From: Candidatus Polarisedimenticolia bacterium
GTDB taxonomy: Bacteria; Acidobacteriota; Polarisedimenticolia; Gp22-AA2; AA152
NCBI GenBank assembly: GCA_036004685.1
Contig: DASYRE010000008.1
Span: 35,818-99,817 of the forward strand
Reading direction: 5' to 3'
DNA: 64,000 nucleotides
Shown here: positions 41,032 through 51,188 of the stretch, piece after piece
Numbering within the stretch: the stretch's first letter is position 1
How the letters are laid out: the number at the start of each line of letters is the position of its first letter
The notes under the pieces: model-generated
What the model was told of the DNA's origin: nothing
The model's input: only the letters and a program-made list of their open reading frames with translations
Database searches by the model: none
Position numbers and translations under genes: made by a program

Positions 41032-42692
41032 ATTTCGGAGGGAAGATCGATGCCGTGACGCCGCGCCGCCTCCAGCGCCTCCGGATAGCCGGCGTCGGCA
41101 TGGCGCATCACCCCGGTCCCGGGATCGGTGGTGAGCACCCGCTCGAGCCGGCGCGCCGCCTCGGGACTCCCGTCCGCCACGACGACCATCCCGGCGTGCA
41201 GCGAATAGCCCATTCCCACCCCGCCGCCGTGATGCACCGAGACCCAGCTCGCCCCCGACACGGCGTTCAGCAGGGCGTTCAGGATCGGCCAGTCGGCGAT
41301 CGCGTCCGACCCGTCCTTCATCCCCTCGGTCTCCCGGTTCGGCGAGGCGACCGATCCCGAATCGAGATGGTCCCGGCCGATCACGACCGGCGCCGAGATC
41401 TCCCCGCGGGCCACGAGATCGTTGATCGCCAGCCCGAACTTGGCCCGCTCGCCGTACCCGAGCCAGCAGATCCGGGCGGGGAGTCCCTGGAACTGAATCC
41501 GCTCTCCGGCCAGCCGGATCCAACGGCCCAGCGCCGCGTCACCGGGGAAGAGCTCGAGAATCGCCCGGTCGGTGCGCCGGATGTCCCGCGGATCGCCGGA
41601 GAGAGCCACCCATCGAAAAGGCCCCTTGCCCTCGCAGAAGAGAGGGCGTATGTAGGCGGGGACGAAGCCGGGGAAGCCGAAGGCGTCCTCGACCCCGCCT
41701 TCGCGGGCGGCCTGACGGATGTTGTTGCCGTAGTCGAAGGTGACCGCTCCGGCGCGCATCAGGTCGAGCATGCCGCGGACGTGCGCCGCCACGGATTCTT
41801 TCGCCCGCTTCTGGTATTCGGCCGGATGCGCCGCCCGCAGCGCCAGGGCCTCCGCGAGCGGCATCCCGTGGGGCACGTAGCCGTTCAGGAGATCGTGGGC
41901 CGAAGTCTGGTCCGTGAGAAGGTCGGGGATCACCTTCTCCCGGGCGAACCGTGGGATGAGATCGGCGGCGTTGCCGTGCAGGGCGATCGACCGAGGGCGC
42001 TGGTCGCGCAACGCCTGGCGCGCCTTGTCGACCGCTTCCTCGAAGCTCTTCGCCTCCTCGTCGCAGTAGCCGGTCGCCAGGCGCCGCCGGACGCGCTCCG
42101 GATCGACCTCCACGGCGATCAGGACGCCTTCGTTCATCGTGGCGGCCAGCGGCTGGGCCCCGCCCATCCCCCCGAGTCCGGCCGTCAGGATCAGTCGCCC
42201 TTTCAGGCTTCCGCCGAAATGCCGGCGCGCGGCCGCCGCGAACGTCTCGTACGTCCCTTGGAGAATGCCCTGCGTGCCGATGTAGATCCAGGAGCCGGCG
42301 GTCATCTGGCCGTACATCGTGAGCCCCATCCTCTCGTACTCGCGGAAATGCTCCCAGTCGGCCCAGGCGGGAACCAGCATCGAATTGCTGATCAGGACCC
42401 GAGGCGCCTCCTCCTGGGTGCGGAAGACCCCGACCGGCTTGCCCGACTGGATCAACAGCGTCTCGTCCGATCCGAGCCGCTTGAGCGTCTCCACGATCCG
42501 GTGGTAGGCCTGCCAGTTGCGCGCCGCCTTGCCGGTGCCGCCGTAGACCACCAGGTCGGCCGGCCGCTCGGCCACCTCGGGATCGAGGTTGTTCATGAGC
42601 ATCCGCATCGCCGCTTCCTGGACCCACCCGCGGCAGGTCCGCGCGGCGCCTCGCGGAGCCCGAATCGTCGTCTGAGGTCTCGGCTCGGTCAT
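41028..42692 (-). CDS. hutU: Urocanate hydratase
   Basis: [42 protein letters not shown]. Confidence 0.98.
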   Translation of the reverse strand: MTEPRPQTTIRAPRGAARTCRGWVQEAAMRMLMNNLDPEVAERPADLVVYGGTGKAARNWQAYHRIVETLKRLGSDETLLIQSGKPVGVFRTQEEAPRVLISNSMLVPAWADWEHFREYERMGLTMYGQMTAGSWIYIGTQGILQGTYETFAAAARRHFGGSLKGRLILTAGLGGMGGAQPLAATMNEGVLIAVEVDPERVRRRLATGYCDEEAKSFEEAVDKARQALRDQRPRSIALHGNAADLIPRFAREKVIPDLLTDQTSAHDLLNGYVPHGMPLAEALALRAAHPAEYQKRAKESVAAHVRGMLDLMRAGAVTFDYGNNIRQAAREGGVEDAFGFPGFVPAYIRPLFCEGKGPFRWVALSGDPRDIRRTDRAILELFPGDAALGRWIRLAGERIQFQGLPARICWLGYGERAKFGLAINDLVARGEISAPVVIGRDHLDSGSVASPNRETEGMKDGSDAIADWPILNALLNAVSGASWVSVHHGGGVGMGYSLHAGMVVVADGSPEAARRLERVLTTDPGTGVMRHADAGYPEALEAARRHGIDLPSEI

Positions 42693-42723
42693 GACACCCT
42701 CCGCGCGGGGCGGCCCCGGGAGC

Positions 42724-44268
42724 TCATCGCAAGGAGCCGGTCGTCCGCTCGACCGCCTCGCGGAGCCGGCCGGAACGCATCAGCCCCACCATGCTCTCGA
42801 TGTCCTTCGATAATACCCGGTCTTCCTCGACCCGCGGGACGACCCGCCGCACCGCTCGCTTCCCGGCCTCCAGGGCCGGAGAGCTCTTCAAAGGCGCGAG
42901 GAAGTCGAGGCCCTGGCAGGCCGCGAGGATCTCGATGGCCAGGACGCGCTCCGCATTCTCCAGCACCTGATGCGCCTTGCGCGCCGCCCAGGCCCCCATG
43001 CTCACGTGATCCTCCTGCGAGGCCGACGTCGGGATCGAGTCGACGCTGGCGGGGTGGGCGAGGCCCTTGTTCTCCGAGACCAGCGCCGCGGCGGTGACCT
43101 GCGCGATCATGAAACCCGAATGCAGCCCCGGATCGGGGGTGAGGAAGGCGGGAAGGCCGCTGAGATCGGGATTGGTCAGCCGCTCGATGCGCCGCTCGGA
43201 AATCCCGGCCACCTCCGCCACGGCGATCGCGAAGTAGTCCAGGGCGATCGCCACCGGCTCCCCATGGAAGTTCCCGGCGGAGAGCAGCTCCCCGGCTTCG
43301 GGGAAGAGCAGGGGATTGTCGGTGACGGCGTTCGCCTCCCGCTCCAGCACGTCCCGCACGTGCGACAGGGCGTCGCGCGCCGCGCCGTGGACCTGGGGCA
43401 TGCAGCGCAGGGCGTAGCTGTCCTGCACCCTGCCGCAATCGGCGTGGGAGGTCTCGATCTCGCTGTGCGCGAGCAAGGCGCGCAGGTTCGACGCGGAGGC
43501 CGCCTGGCCCGGATGGGGGCGCAGCCGCTCGATCCGGGCGTCGAAGGCCCGCCGCGAGCCCCGCAGGGCCTCCAGCGAGAGCGCCCCCGCCAAGTCGGCG
43601 TGCACCAGGAGGCTTTCGGCGCGCAGCAGCGCCAGGATCCCGAGGGCGGTCATCATCTGCGTCCCGTTGATCAAAGAGAGCCCTTCCTTCGCCTGGAGCC
43701 GCAGCGGGCGGAGGCGCGCGCTCCGCAGAGCGGCGGCCGCCGCCACCCGGCGCCCCGATTTCACGACTTCCCCCTCCCCGAGCATCGGCAGGACGAGGTG
43801 GGCGAGGGGCGCGAGGTCGCCGCTGGCGCCGACCGAGCCCTGCGACGGGATGACCGGCAGGAGGTCCCGGTTGAGCATCGCCAGCAGCAGGTCGACGACG
43901 CGCGGCCGGACTCCCGAATGCCCGCGGGCCAGGACGTTGGCGCGCAGCAGCATGACCGCCCGGGTCTGAGCGGCGGAGAGAGGCGCGCCGACTCCCGCGC
44001 AATGACTCCTTATCAGGTTGGCCTGCAGCGCCTCCAGCTGGTCGTCGCGTATCCGGACGTCCTTCAAGCGCCCGAAGCCGGTGTTGACCCCGTAGATCTG
44101 CTCGTCACTTCCGACCAGCCGCTCGATGACGCCCCGGCTGCGCTCCATCCGGCGGCGGGCGGCGGGCGAGAGGGCGACCCGGGCGCCGCCCGAGGCGACG
44201 CTTCCGACTTCGGAAAGCGTCAGGGATTTCCCGTCGATCTGGATGGTGCGGCGGCGCATGGTCTTCAT
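42724..44268 (-). CDS. hutH: Histidine ammonia-lyase
   Basis: [20 protein letters not shown] (MIO-forming ASG), [21 protein letters not shown]. Confidence 0.97.
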   Translation of the reverse strand: MKTMRRRTIQIDGKSLTLSEVGSVASGGARVALSPAARRRMERSRGVIERLVGSDEQIYGVNTGFGRLKDVRIRDDQLEALQANLIRSHCAGVGAPLSAAQTRAVMLLRANVLARGHSGVRPRVVDLLLAMLNRDLLPVIPSQGSVGASGDLAPLAHLVLPMLGEGEVVKSGRRVAAAAALRSARLRPLRLQAKEGLSLINGTQMMTALGILALLRAESLLVHADLAGALSLEALRGSRRAFDARIERLRPHPGQAASASNLRALLAHSEIETSHADCGRVQDSYALRCMPQVHGAARDALSHVRDVLEREANAVTDNPLLFPEAGELLSAGNFHGEPVAIALDYFAIAVAEVAGISERRIERLTNPDLSGLPAFLTPDPGLHSGFMIAQVTAAALVSENKGLAHPASVDSIPTSASQEDHVSMGAWAARKAHQVLENAERVLAIEILAACQGLDFLAPLKSSPALEAGKRAVRRVVPRVEEDRVLSKDIESMVGLMRSGRLREAVERTTGSLR

Positions 44269-44441
44269 TTCCGGGGGAGTTTAGTCGTTGTCCCGGCGGA
44301 GTGTAAAGCGCCCGCCGGGCGGGTGCGGGCGCCGGTTGAAGGCGCCGTTCGGGCTCTGCTAAGATCCGACGCCCAAGAGATGCCGCAGAAAACATCGAGC
44401 CTGCCATCGACCCTGGGAAAACGGATCCTCGAGAAAGACAG

Positions 44442-45767
44442 GTGAAGGCCATGCCGTGTGTCGTCGTCGTGGGCGGACAGTGGGGCGACGAGGGCAAGGG
44501 GAAAATCGTCGATCGGCTCACCGAGCGGGTCCACGTCGTGGTCCGTTATCAGGGGGGGCCCAACGCCGGGCACACCGTGGTGGTCGGCGGAAAGCGCTTC
44601 GCGCTGCGCCACCTCCCCTCGGGAATCCTCCGGCCCGAGGTCCTGTCGGTGGTCGGCAACGGGGTGGTCCTCGACCCCGCGTCGCTGCTGGAGGAGATCC
44701 GCGAGATGCGGGAAGCGGGAATCCGGGTCGACGACAACCTGCGCATCAGCGATCGGGCCCACGTCATTCTCCCCGAGCACCGCACGCTCGACGCCGAGAG
44801 CGAGGACGCGATGGGAGAGGCGAGAATCGGCACGACGCGGCGCGGCATCGGCCCGGCTTACGAGAGCAAGGTGGCGCGCCTCGGCATCCGCGCCGGCGAC
44901 CTGCTGAACGCCACGCTCCTTCGCGCCAAGCTGGAAGCCTATCACGCGGCGCGATTCGCGCCTCTCTCGCGATCGGCCGCGCCTTCCGATCCCGCGAAAG
45001 TGCTCGACGATTATCTCGAATACGGAGCGACGCTGGAAGCTTTCCTCACCGACGCCACCGACCTTCTCCATCGCCAGCTCGACGCCGAGAAGAGCATCCT
45101 TTTCGAGGGGGCCCAGGGCACCTTGCTCGATCTCGATCACGGCACCTACCCGTTCGTGACCTCGTCGTCGTCGACGGCGGGCGGCGCCTGCACCGGCTCC
45201 GGAATCGGGCCGGCGCACATCACCGGCGTGCTCGGGGTCTTCAAAGCCTATTCGAGCCGCGTCGGCTCCGGCCCCTTTCCGACGGAGCAGAAGGGAGAGG
45301 TGGGAGAGCGCATCCGGCAGCGCGGCCGCGAGTACGGGACGGTGACCGGCCGGCCGCGGCGCTGCGGCTGGTTCGACGCCGTCCTGGCCCGCTATGCGGT
45401 CCGGGTGAACTCGATGAAGGCCGCGGCGCTCACCCTCTGCGACGTGCTGGACGACTTCGACAGCATCCTCGTGGCCGTGGCCCACGAGCACCACGGCGAG
45501 AGAATGCCGAGCGTCGCAACCGACGCCGAGACGCTCGAACGCTGCCAGCCGGTGTACGAAGTGCTTCCCGGGTGGAAGCAGCCGATCGGGGACGCCAAGA
45601 GCTTCGAGGAGCTGCCGCACCAGTGCCGCGCCTACATCGACCGCCTCGAGCAGCTGATCGGCTGCGAGATCGCGCTCGTCTCCGTCGGGCCGGAACGGGA
45701 GAAAACGCTGCACCGCGCCGGGAACCGCGTGGAGCAGTGGCTCCCGCCGGGCGGCGCGGCGTCCTGA
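44442..45767 (+). CDS. purA: Adenylosuccinate synthetase
   Basis: QWGDEGKGK, GGPNAGHT, EGAQG, YPFVTSS, TVTGRPRRCGWFD. Confidence 0.98.
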   Translation: MKAMPCVVVVGGQWGDEGKGKIVDRLTERVHVVVRYQGGPNAGHTVVVGGKRFALRHLPSGILRPEVLSVVGNGVVLDPASLLEEIREMREAGIRVDDNLRISDRAHVILPEHRTLDAESEDAMGEARIGTTRRGIGPAYESKVARLGIRAGDLLNATLLRAKLEAYHAARFAPLSRSAAPSDPAKVLDDYLEYGATLEAFLTDATDLLHRQLDAEKSILFEGAQGTLLDLDHGTYPFVTSSSSTAGGACTGSGIGPAHITGVLGVFKAYSSRVGSGPFPTEQKGEVGERIRQRGREYGTVTGRPRRCGWFDAVLARYAVRVNSMKAAALTLCDVLDDFDSILVAVAHEHHGERMPSVATDAETLERCQPVYEVLPGWKQPIGDAKSFEELPHQCRAYIDRLEQLIGCEIALVSVGPEREKTLHRAGNRVEQWLPPGGAAS

Positions 45768-45776
45768 AGGACTCCG

Positions 45777-46304
45777 TCAATCCCGTTTGTGAACGACGAT
45801 CTTCCTGCCTTCGACGATTTCGACTTTCGGCATGCACCAGCACCCCGGTCCGACGACGTGCTGGTCCTTCTGCCTCGAGTAGACGTGCACCACAGGCTTC
45901 GGCTTCTCGGGGGGCTTGGCCGCCTGGGGCGCCGCGGCCGCAGGCGGTGCCGGCTTGGATGCGGCAGCCGCGGGAGCCTGGGGAGCGGCGGCTCCTTGAG
46001 TCGCGGCGGGCGGCTGAGCGGCGGCCGAGGCCGGAGGCGGCGCCGGCTTCGAGGCGGTCGGAGCCTGGGAAGCGGCCGGGGTTTGAGCGGGGGCGGGGGG
46101 TTGCGGCGCGCTTGCCACGGGCGGAGTACCGGCGTTTGGGTTTGCCACCGGCGGTTGAGCCGAGGCGCCAGCGGGGGCCGAACTCGGCGATGCGGCCGGG
46201 GCCGGAGTCGCAGCAGGACTCTCGGCCGGCCCGGGGCTTTGGCTCGGTTTCTCGTCGGGTGCGGCGGGTTGGGGCGGTCCGGCCGGAGTCTTTTCGTCGC
46301 TCAT
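45777..46304 (-). CDS. Pro/Ala-rich low-complexity protein with a short C-terminal H..CWCxP..H domain
   Basis: RBS GAGGG upstream; about 135 aa of PA-rich linker, then HVYSRQKDQHVVGPGCWCMPKVEIVEGRKIVVHKRD. Confidence 0.6.
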   Translation of the reverse strand: MSDEKTPAGPPQPAAPDEKPSQSPGPAESPAATPAPAASPSSAPAGASAQPPVANPNAGTPPVASAPQPPAPAQTPAASQAPTASKPAPPPASAAAQPPAATQGAAAPQAPAAAASKPAPPAAAAPQAAKPPEKPKPVVHVYSRQKDQHVVGPGCWCMPKVEIVEGRKIVVHKRD

Positions 46305-46449
46305 TCAGCCCTCGGGAGTTCGAAAAGTCCCGCGCATTCTAAACGAATCCGCCGGGTCTTGCAGCCTAGGATTTCACGGGAATCGTGGCTTCTTTCGTCG
46401 GTCGGGGGCTCTGCTATAATCGCCCCCCTCTTTCGTTCCACGACATGAT

Positions 46450-46525
46450 GGGCCGTTAGCTCAGTCGGTAGAGCGTCTGCCTTTTAAGCAGAGGGTCGCT
46501 GGTTCGAGTCCAGCACGGCTCACCA
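46450..46525 (+). tRNA. tRNA-Lys(TTT), integration target
   Basis: Anticodon loop CT-TTT-AA, GGTTCGAGTCC, encoded CCA; its 3' half is duplicated at 60810-60858. Confidence 0.96.
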
Positions 46526-46528
46526 TTC
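46480..46528 (+). repeat. attL core: 49-bp direct repeat (3' half of tRNA-Lys plus TTC)
   Basis: CCTTTTAAGCAGAGGGTCGCTGGTTCGAGTCCAGCACGGCTCACCATTC is identical to 60810-60858. Confidence 0.95.
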
Positions 46529-46625
46529 ATTATACTGCATTTAGAGGACTTACGGCGTTCCGCCCGGTCGGTCCGGTTTCCCGTTATGCGCGTTATGAGC
46601 AATATTGTGGGCGCCATTGTGACCC

Positions 46626-47600
46626 ATGAGGGAGCCCATGGAAAAGTTCGAAGAGATGGCAAAGGAAAAACTCGGAGAGATCGCGAAGGCTCTACAGCAA
46701 ACCGCGAAAGAGAAGCCTCCTGATTTCGTCTCGTGGAGGACCTTTCTGGAATCCAGTCCGCCAGGCAGCAGCAGCCTCATAGGCGATCTTCTCGTCCCCA
46801 GACGCTACCAAGGATCTGAGAGCTATCAGCTCTGGCTTCCCGACCTCCTGCTCCATTGCCCTTCACAGGTTTGCAACGGCGAGCGCATTTTTTCAGGCAC
46901 GACGAGCTCGGTCTTCATTAGCGATTGGGAGCCGCGGTTCCTCAGTTACGTTTGCAAGAACTGCGGAGGAACAAACAGGCTTTACGCTGTTTTTATGCGT
47001 CAGAAGATGGGCAAGATTGGCGAAGCGATCAAGGTAGGGGAGTGGCCGCCATTCGGTCCGAGGGTCCCAAACCGCGTTCTGGATCTTCTTGGAGACGATA
47101 GGCAGCTTTTTCTTAAGGGCCGCGGCGCTGAAAATCTCGGGCTGGGCATCGGCGCTTTCGCCTACTATAGGCGCGTAGTCGAGAACCAGAAGAACCGCAT
47201 TCTCGATCAGGTCATCCAGGTGGCAAGTCGCATGAACGCTTCCTCAGAGATCATTTCCGGTCTCCAGAAAGCGAAGACGGGCTGGCAGTTCTCGAAGTCC
47301 CTTTCCGAGGTTAACCTGCAGCTTCCCGAGCAGCTGATGGTCCGTGGTCAGAACCCCTTGCTCCTGCTTCACGGTGCCTTGAGTCGCGGATTGCATGAAC
47401 AGACGGACGAAGAGTGCCTCGGGCTCGCAACCAGCATCCGAGTCATGCTAACCGCTCTCGCCGAAAGGATCGGACAGGCCCTCGCCGACGAGGAAGAGGT
47501 AAGGCAGGCGGTTGCGAATCTTCTCGAAGCTGGACGTCCCGAAAAGAAAGAGCCAGGGGAGGCCATCGTGGATCCTAAGAGACTCCCCGCCGACTCATGA
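46626..47600 (+). CDS. Zn-ribbon plus DUF4145/HEPN-like protein
   Basis: CPSQVC and CKNC motifs, GIGAFAYYRRVVE helix and LSRGLH near the C-terminus (pattern recognition only). Confidence 0.55.
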   Translation: MREPMEKFEEMAKEKLGEIAKALQQTAKEKPPDFVSWRTFLESSPPGSSSLIGDLLVPRRYQGSESYQLWLPDLLLHCPSQVCNGERIFSGTTSSVFISDWEPRFLSYVCKNCGGTNRLYAVFMRQKMGKIGEAIKVGEWPPFGPRVPNRVLDLLGDDRQLFLKGRGAENLGLGIGAFAYYRRVVENQKNRILDQVIQVASRMNASSEIISGLQKAKTGWQFSKSLSEVNLQLPEQLMVRGQNPLLLLHGALSRGLHEQTDEECLGLATSIRVMLTALAERIGQALADEEEVRQAVANLLEAGRPEKKEPGEAIVDPKRLPADS

Positions 47601-47752
47601 ACGTTCGGCGCCGGCCTGATTACGATCGGGGCCCGCTCCGTGGTGTAAGCTTCACCGAGATCGCCCGCCCCGCCGGATAGCTACCGGGGCCGGTACTCCG
47701 ACCGGCCAGGGGCGGGTGAGACTTCCCCCGGAGACCTCGCGCGGAGGCGAGG

Positions 47753-48574
47753 ATGCCAGCCAGACGAAAGACTCCCACCTCGAGGAAGGTCCGTGTCCCC
47801 GTAGTCACCGGCTGGGAAGAGCCGTTGACAGAGAGCGAGCGCCTCCTCCTTCATTCGAAAAACTTCATCGCTGGGGATCGCAGCACTGTCCCGCCCGAGT
47901 GGTGGCGCGAGGTCTGGTCGCATCAACTGCAACCGGAAGAGTGGCTCCTCCGATTCGCGAACACAAAGGTTACCTGGGAGAATTGGAGGGAGATGGGCGT
48001 TCCGCCTGGCGATCAACGGCTCACGCTGGAAAACTGGGGCCTCCCGCTAGGAGAAGGAACTCCAAAACGGAAATCTCTTTCGATCGCTGGGCTAGAGGTG
48101 GTGGAACTCGAGAAGCAACGAGATCCTCGCTTGTTACTCAGATTTGAGGAGATGCGCGAGTGCACTCGCAGGATCCTTAAACGCTCCATCGAAGGTGGAA
48201 CATCGGATCCATGCTTTACCCCGAACACCGATCGTCCAGATTTTGTTGTCGCAAAAAGGGAGCCGGCGGGCCGCTTCGGGCTCGGCCCTTCTCCATCTTT
48301 CACCCTGGCTGCTTCGCGAAGCTCTCGGATTGACACCATGGACATTCAAGATCGGCATTGGAATGCGCTTCGCCTCCTGGTTGCCGTCCTGAAGGGAGAA
48401 GCCGATCCAGTCTTTCCGCAAGGTGCGAAAATACCTCGGTGGTCGCTGCATCTTTGCGAAGCACGCTCCTGCGGTTCCTTCTTCTTCTCCTCGCGCGTTC
48501 ACGCAAAAACCTGCTCCCATGCCTGCCGAAGCTCTCTGTCCAGGAAGCGCGTGACGGATAAACGGGAAAAGTAG
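47753..48574 (+). CDS. Hypothetical protein with C-terminal treble-clef/CGNR-like zinc finger
   Basis: CEARSCGSFF...KTCSHACR; GGAGG RBS. Confidence 0.55.
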   Translation: MPARRKTPTSRKVRVPVVTGWEEPLTESERLLLHSKNFIAGDRSTVPPEWWREVWSHQLQPEEWLLRFANTKVTWENWREMGVPPGDQRLTLENWGLPLGEGTPKRKSLSIAGLEVVELEKQRDPRLLLRFEEMRECTRRILKRSIEGGTSDPCFTPNTDRPDFVVAKREPAGRFGLGPSPSFTLAASRSSRIDTMDIQDRHWNALRLLVAVLKGEADPVFPQGAKIPRWSLHLCEARSCGSFFFSSRVHAKTCSHACRSSLSRKRVTDKREK

Positions 48575-48656
48575 GACTAACCGTCACATTCCGGCCATTT
48601 TCTAGTAATTCCTGATTCAAAAAGCGACGTGAATTTGGTTGAATCACGTCGTGGAT

Positions 48657-48863
48657 ATGAAGACGCGGGAACTTGGCCGAATGATCGCAGGACGTCGAGT
48701 CCATCTCGGGCTCAGGCAATCCGAGGTTGCCAGGCGGGCGGGAACCTCCGCGGCTTATCTGAGCCGCGTTGAGCGTGGCATCGCCAGGCCAAGCGAGGCT
48801 CTCGCTCTTCGCATTCTGGACGCTCTCGGAATAGCAATCATCTCGTCTGGGAAGAGCTCCTGA
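48657..48863 (+). CDS. XRE-family helix-turn-helix regulator
   Basis: RRVHLGLRQSEVARRAGTSAAYLSRVERG. Confidence 0.88.
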   Translation: MKTRELGRMIAGRRVHLGLRQSEVARRAGTSAAYLSRVERGIARPSEALALRILDALGIAIISSGKSS

Positions 48864-49168
48864 TGGGCACCCCTTCGCCCGCCCGTACCGAACCAGAAAC
48901 CCTTCGAATAATCGAAGTCATTCAGGCAGCTGCAAGGCCCGAGTCGCTCGCAATTCCCAAGGCGATCAGCGCCAGGACGCTCGCCGACCGTCTCGACATC
49001 TCTTTGAGCTGGGTACGCGGCTGGCACGCGGCCGGGTTGCTTCCCGGGATCGTACTTCGCGCGGAGTCAGGGCGGGGAAGGGGCCGACTTCTCTTTCTAG
49101 AGGCAGACGTCGTCCGGTTCCTCCAGGAGCGCGGAATCGCCGCGCAGAGCGAAGAGGTGGCCGAATGA
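48863..49168 (+). CDS. Excisionase/AlpA-like winged HTH protein
   Basis: SARTLADRLDISLSWVRGWHAAGLLPG...RLLFLEADVVRFL; TGATG coupling to the XRE gene. Confidence 0.75.
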   Translation: MGTPSPARTEPETLRIIEVIQAAARPESLAIPKAISARTLADRLDISLSWVRGWHAAGLLPGIVLRAESGRGRGRLLFLEADVVRFLQERGIAAQSEEVAE

Positions 49169-49341
49169 GCGCAGCGCTCCTTTCGGTCGATTGGTGGCTG
49201 CGATCCCTTTCTCTCTGGAGTGTCCGACGCGAAAAAAGAAACCTGGAGCAGTCGATACCTTCCATCAGGCTGACTCAGTCTGTCTCTCAGCGTCTCGATG
49301 ATCTCGTAATTGCCATCGAAACCCTTGAGCGCCTGCGATGA
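49165..49341 (+). CDS. Small hypothetical protein (58 aa), below the ORF-track cutoff
   Basis: MSAALLSVDWWLRSLSLWS...IETLERLR*; ATGA overlaps with both neighbouring genes. Confidence 0.55.
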   Translation: MSAALLSVDWWLRSLSLWSVRREKRNLEQSIPSIRLTQSVSQRLDDLVIAIETLERLR

Positions 49342-51188
49342 ACGTCGATTCCGCCCTCTCCTATGCCAAGCGCTCCTGGCCAGTGTTCCCCCTCCACAAG
49401 CCAGTCTCGGGCGGATGCTCTTGCTCTAACCCCGAGTGTCAGAACGTCGGGAAACATCCGCGCACCTTGCACGGCCTGAACGACGCCACGGTAGAGGAAA
49501 AACAGATCCGCGCCTGGTGGACGAAGTGGCCTGACGCGAACATCGCGATCGCGATCCCCGCCGGGTTTGTGGCTGTAGACGTGGACGGCGACGAAGGTGA
49601 CAAGGCTCTCCAGGATGCCGGCCACGAGCTACCGAGGACTGTGACCTCCCGGACTGGACGGGGGAGGCATCTGCTATTCCGAACAGGAGAGCCGGTCGCT
49701 CCGAAAGTCGGAGTCCTTCCCCACGTCGATCTCCGTGGGCCAGGGTCCTACATCGTGGCGCCCCCCTCGCGTCACGCGAGCGGGAAAACGTACGAATGGA
49801 TCTTGTCGCCCGAGAAGGTGGAGATCGCTCCGGCGCCGGCCTGGATTCACGCTCTCTCGAAGACGAACGGCAACGGGAACGGAACCGCCGTTCCGATCGG
49901 CGAGGTCATTCCCCAGGGACAGCGGAACCGAACACTCGCGAGCCTCGGCGGTACGATGCGCCGGCGGGGAATGAGCCCGGAGGCCATCGAGGCGGCCCTC
50001 CTCTCAGAAAACCGGCGATGCAATCCTCCTCTTCCGGACGGGGACGTGCGGCGAATCGCCAAGAGCGTTTCGAGGTACGAGCCGGCGCCGCGACCGCAGG
50101 AGCAACCTCGCCCTGGAGGAAGCGTCCTCGAGGAGATGGACGTGCGCCGGATGCTTCGCGAAGGGATCCCCAAGCCGGTTTTCGACCTCGAGGACTTTCT
50201 GGTCCGGCGAACCGTGACCTACCTGACCGGCAGCCCGAAAGGCTTCAAGACCTGGCTCGCTCTGGCGTGGACAGTTGCCCTCGCCGCGGATTGCAGTTGG
50301 GCCGGGCTCAAGACTCAGGGGAATCACCGCGTCGTATTCGTCGAAGCGGAATCGCCGGCCCAGATCCCGGAAAGATTTCACCGCTCCTGCCTCGCGTATC
50401 AGGTCAACCCGGACCGCGTCCTCGACCGAGTGAAGTTCCTTTTTCCGAAGCGCGGCCGCCTCCGCCTCGATTTCCCGGATCACTTTCAGGAGCTGCGCCG
50501 AATCATGGAGGAGTTCAAGGCTACCTGGCTCGTGATCGACTCGTTCATCCGCATCCACGGCATGGACGAAAACTCCTCCAGGGACATGGCCGGCCTCGCC
50601 AATAGCGTCTTCCTCCCGCTCCGGGATCAGCTCGGATGCGGCGTGCTCATCCTCGACCATCCGCCGAAGCCGCTTCATGAGGGTCACCGGACCCGGAAGG
50701 AGCAGATTCGCGGGAGCTGGGAAAAGCTCGCGGCCGCCGACGTCCAGATCCATGTCGAGACCAGGGATAGCGAGACCGGGAAGATCGCCGGCGTCTCGGT
50801 CGGCGCCTCTCGGATGGGACCCGAACGGGATGAACCGCTCTGGGTCCGATTACGTGATACCCCGAACGGCGGGACGCGCTTCGAAGTGGCCGAGAGTCCA
50901 GAGGAATTCAAGGCAGGACGGCCCGGGAGGCCGCCCACTGCGAAAGAGAAGGCGGCCACGGTCATCAACGCGGAAGTGGAGCGAAACCCAGCGCTGACCT
51001 TCAAGGAGGCCATGCAGGCCGTGGTAGGCGCGGGCGTATCAAAGGAGACCGGAAAGCGAGCATGGCGGGAGATGAAGGGTCAAGGGTCAGGAGGGTCACA
51101 AATGGTTTTGACCCCTGACCCTGGAGTGGAGGGTCGGTTGGGGTCAAAAGGGTCAACCCCCCTTATAGGGGGTGACCCTGACCCCTGA
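49338..51188 (+). CDS. Bifunctional DNA primase/polymerase (Prim-Pol) + PriCT-1 + RepA/AAA_25-type helicase
   Basis: WPVFPL, GKHP, WPDANIAI, VAVDVD, TGRGRH, DLRG, PPSRH; IPQGQRN PriCT; Walker A GSPKGFKT; LVIDS; ILDH. Confidence 0.92.
   Translation: MNVDSALSYAKRSWPVFPLHKPVSGGCSCSNPECQNVGKHPRTLHGLNDATVEEKQIRAWWTKWPDANIAIAIPAGFVAVDVDGDEGDKALQDAGHELPRTVTSRTGRGRHLLFRTGEPVAPKVGVLPHVDLRGPGSYIVAPPSRHASGKTYEWILSPEKVEIAPAPAWIHALSKTNGNGNGTAVPIGEVIPQGQRNRTLASLGGTMRRRGMSPEAIEAALLSENRRCNPPLPDGDVRRIAKSVSRYEPAPRPQEQPRPGGSVLEEMDVRRMLREGIPKPVFDLEDFLVRRTVTYLTGSPKGFKTWLALAWTVALAADCSWAGLKTQGNHRVVFVEAESPAQIPERFHRSCLAYQVNPDRVLDRVKFLFPKRGRLRLDFPDHFQELRRIMEEFKATWLVIDSFIRIHGMDENSSRDMAGLANSVFLPLRDQLGCGVLILDHPPKPLHEGHRTRKEQIRGSWEKLAAADVQIHVETRDSETGKIAGVSVGASRMGPERDEPLWVRLRDTPNGGTRFEVAESPEEFKAGRPGRPPTAKEKAATVINAEVERNPALTFKEAMQAVVGAGVSKETGKRAWREMKGQGSGGSQMVLTPDPGVEGRLGSKGSTPLIGGDPDP

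Noticed and set aside
41028-44268. hutU-hutH without hutI/hutG
   Set aside because: Split hut operons are common; the other genes are probably elsewhere in the genome.
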